IMG/VR virus record: IMGVR_UViG_3300044731_000564
Coordinates: 1 to 59,800 of that record
Length of the DNA: 59,800 nt
Reading direction: 5' to 3' (one strand)
Origin: a virus
Taxonomy: Duplodnaviria > Caudoviricetes
Shown: positions 57,916 through 59,800 of the stretch, in pieces
Position numbering within the stretch: position 1 is the stretch's first letter
Layout: every line of letters begins with the position of its first letter
Program-made: the position numbers and the translations under genes
Notes under the pieces: model-generated
The model's input: only the letters and a program-made list of their open reading frames with translations
Databases searched by the model: none
Told to the model about the DNA's origin: nothing

Positions 57916-58011
57916 ATGGGATTGATAGTAGTATTAGTTTTAGTGGTATCTATTTTTGGTGGAGCATTATTAGGTTACTTGGTAACTAAATATGTTTCAA
58001 AGGAAGAATAA
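57916..58011 (+). CDS. 31-aa single-TM micro-protein
   Basis: MGLIVVLVLVVSIFGGALLGYLVTKYVSKEE. Confidence 0.5.
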   Translation: MGLIVVLVLVVSIFGGALLGYLVTKYVSKEE

Positions 58012-58035
58012 AAAAAGGGAGTATCTCTACTCCCT
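58010..58035 (-). terminator. intrinsic terminator between convergent transcription units
   Basis: AGGGAGTA-TCTC-TACTCCCT hairpin with A-tract on the left (U-tract on minus strand). Confidence 0.7.
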
Positions 58036-58087
58036 CTACCAAAACAAAACTATAACAAACGAAATAAATCTTAGGATACAATATTAA

Positions 58088-59002
58088 TTATTTTTCTATA
58101 TAAAAAAAATAATTATTTTTCATATACACATCTCTACCCAACAAGTCATAAGTGTTGGGTACTTTATTTTTAACGATAGTCTTAATAGCGATTATCTTAT
58201 AAGCCTTTGATACATTATTAATGTCAGTTTCTACTATTCTTAGGTAGGTAATATCAGAAGATGGAACAAATGGAACAATGGCATCATAGACTTGATTTAC
58301 GGAAGAATAACCGTTTGCTTGGAATACATGAAGGCTTTTGAAATTAACTGCATCATTAGACCATTGCACGTCGAATTTAAGAGTTTCATATTCAGATAGT
58401 GTATTAAAGGAAACATAGATACTATTATCTACATAGTTAGCACTAAATTCATCTAACTCAATAGGTAGGAATGTAGCGTTATCAAAGACTAATCCATCGA
58501 CATCGTAGCCATCTAATACTTGATTTTGAGAAAAGTCAGATACATTGCTTATATCCTCAATTAGAACATATCTAACAGTATCAATATAAGAGTAAGGATA
58601 GAATACAGTATTGTTATTAACACAAGTAGTACCGATAAGAGTATAGTCCACATTATCACTCGAAAGATAGATGTTAGCTTCTTCGGGATAGCTATTACAT
58701 TCGTAATTGTAGGTAGTTTCATATAGTTTGATAAATGTTTCGGGTCTTAATACGATTTCGGTATCTAATTCAAGTGCTATGTAGCCACCAAAACCTAACG
58801 ATACAAAGTTAATAAAAGGCATTTGAATATCGCTATTTTCGGGAACACTCAAAGCATTTAAAGGATTAGACCTATTGATAGCTACTGCATTACCGTTATT
58901 ATTTTCACCCTGTATAAAGTACACAATACCACTCGGATATACTTGCGATATACAATTTACAGGTAGTATTAAAAAGATTAATAAGTATTTAATAGCCATC
59001 AA
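58088..59002 (-). CDS. secreted Bacteroidota-type surface protein (LPIEL domain, degenerate T9SS CTD-like end)
   Basis: Signal peptide; FVSLGFGG...DGYDVD domain; LPIELDEF...TLSE...FDVQWSND; YDLLGR. Confidence 0.75.
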   Translation of the reverse strand: MMAIKYLLIFLILPVNCISQVYPSGIVYFIQGENNNGNAVAINRSNPLNALSVPENSDIQMPFINFVSLGFGGYIALELDTEIVLRPETFIKLYETTYNYECNSYPEEANIYLSSDNVDYTLIGTTCVNNNTVFYPYSYIDTVRYVLIEDISNVSDFSQNQVLDGYDVDGLVFDNATFLPIELDEFSANYVDNSIYVSFNTLSEYETLKFDVQWSNDAVNFKSLHVFQANGYSSVNQVYDAIVPFVPSSDITYLRIVETDINNVSKAYKIIAIKTIVKNKVPNTYDLLGRDVYMKNNYFFYIEK

Positions 59003-59565
59003 TTAGTTACCAATAAGGTTACATAGTTACACATCTTGCCATACTTTTCAGCACGAATAAGCCCTAACCCCATTCTTTCGGCTCTTGGGTCAAGAAGTAT
59101 AGCGTTATGAACGGGTGAGTTCTTCCAATCTTCAAATATTTGTTTAGCAGTAAACTCACCATTCCATTTGCCATCAAGATTTTCACCGATAAAACCTCTT
59201 ATAGAAGTATCATATATTTCAATTCTATCTTTAGGTGTCTTTCTTTCATCAATATATTCAACATTAGTATCTTCCCAATGAGTAATCATAAAGTCTGCAT
59301 CGCTATTCTGTTGGTTGTACATTGCTAACCAAAGGCTATGTTGAAGTGATGCCACTACAAGTACTGTATCTTCTTGTAGGGTATCTAAGTTCATTTCAGT
59401 TCTATAAGCGTTATAAAGAACGTAGAACTCATACTTTACAGGGGTTTTAAATTCAGAGTAGGTAGGCATTTTAGGAGTTTCATCGGTAACACTATCATCT
59501 CTAAAAGCAAAAGAAGAGATAGATATTAGTAATAATACTATCACGAATTTAAGAATGTTGTTCAT
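58999..59565 (-). CDS. secreted CAP/SCP-domain protein
   Basis: Signal peptide; NAYR...H...H...GEN...WKNSPVHNAILL...MGLG. Confidence 0.88.
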   Translation of the reverse strand: MNNILKFVIVLLLISISSFAFRDDSVTDETPKMPTYSEFKTPVKYEFYVLYNAYRTEMNLDTLQEDTVLVVASLQHSLWLAMYNQQNSDADFMITHWEDTNVEYIDERKTPKDRIEIYDTSIRGFIGENLDGKWNGEFTAKQIFEDWKNSPVHNAILLDPRAERMGLGLIRAEKYGKMCNYVTLLVTN

Positions 59566-59566
59566 A

Positions 59567-59800
59567 TTAGTTTCCCTTTATAATCTTGAATGAGGCACTC
59601 TCGTTTGAACTGTTTATGAACTCCAAAAGATAAATGCCAACGGGATACTCTTTAGTATTGATTGTAATGTTACTACCCGATTCCACATCAATAATCTTAC
59701 CATCAAAGGTACGAATAATTACATCACCGATAGTATCGGAAACAATATTTAATGTATTCTTAAATGGGTTAGGGTAAACATTTACAGAAATATTACTTCT
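59567..59800 (-). CDS. T9SS type A C-terminal sorting domain protein (3' part only, runs off window)
   Basis: Manual translation ...VYPNPFKNTLNI...FDGK...YPVGIYLL...FKIIKGN*. Confidence 0.85.
   Translation of the reverse strand, partial: RSNISVNVYPNPFKNTLNIVSDTIGDVIIRTFDGKIIDVESGSNITINTKEYPVGIYLLEFINSSNESASFKIIKGN

Larger units (their letters stand above)
1..59800. mobile_element. Bacteroidota-infecting dsDNA tailed phage genome segment (crAss-like/podoviral virion module, lambda-like replication)
   Basis: TerL, portal, capsid, tail, lysis, DnaB and YqaJ genes, densely packed and nearly all on + strand; no host housekeeping genes; TAnnTTTG promoters and T9SS CTDs point to a Bacteroidota host. 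Confidence 0.93.

Noticed and set aside
1-59800. Stop-codon reassignment as in some crAss-like phages
   Set aside because: Genes are full length and densely packed under the standard code, with TAA, TAG and TGA all used as stops
1-59800. Diversity-generating retroelement, tRNA genes or integrase
   Set aside because: No reverse transcriptase motif, no adenine-specific TR/VR pair (the fibre duplication differs mostly at synonymous sites), no cloverleaf and no recombinase motif recognised

Overview
The window looks like a large part of an AT-rich dsDNA phage genome with a Bacteroidota host. The host call rests on TAnnTTTG -7 promoter boxes, A-rich translation starts and T9SS C-terminal domains. 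I saw no host housekeeping genes, integrase, tRNA, rRNA or CRISPR. Left to right: a small-ORF early region with repeated gene-start sequences; a lambda-like replication module (DUF1376-type initiator with internal iterons plus DnaB); a glycosyltransferase/sugar-methyltransferase cluster; a Rad52/Sak-like annealase with a YqaJ exonuclease; an integron-like (attC-like) cassette array carrying a Dam-family methyltransferase; tail fibres; a lysis cassette; a GroES-like protein; then a crAss-like/podoviral virion module (TerL, portal, scaffold, major capsid, tail ring, muzzle and ejection proteins) ending in a 3684-aa polyvalent protein. Convergent genes for secreted proteins close the window. Two observations stand out. 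(1) The integrase-less cassette array at 13.66-15.07 kb is built from alternating TAAC...GTTA inverted repeats, and one gene is a fusion across a recombination core. (2) Several genes are overprinted in the +1 frame of the giant gene's inter-domain linkers, including a complete HNH endonuclease with its own promoter box. All product calls come from motif recognition by eye; no database search was run.
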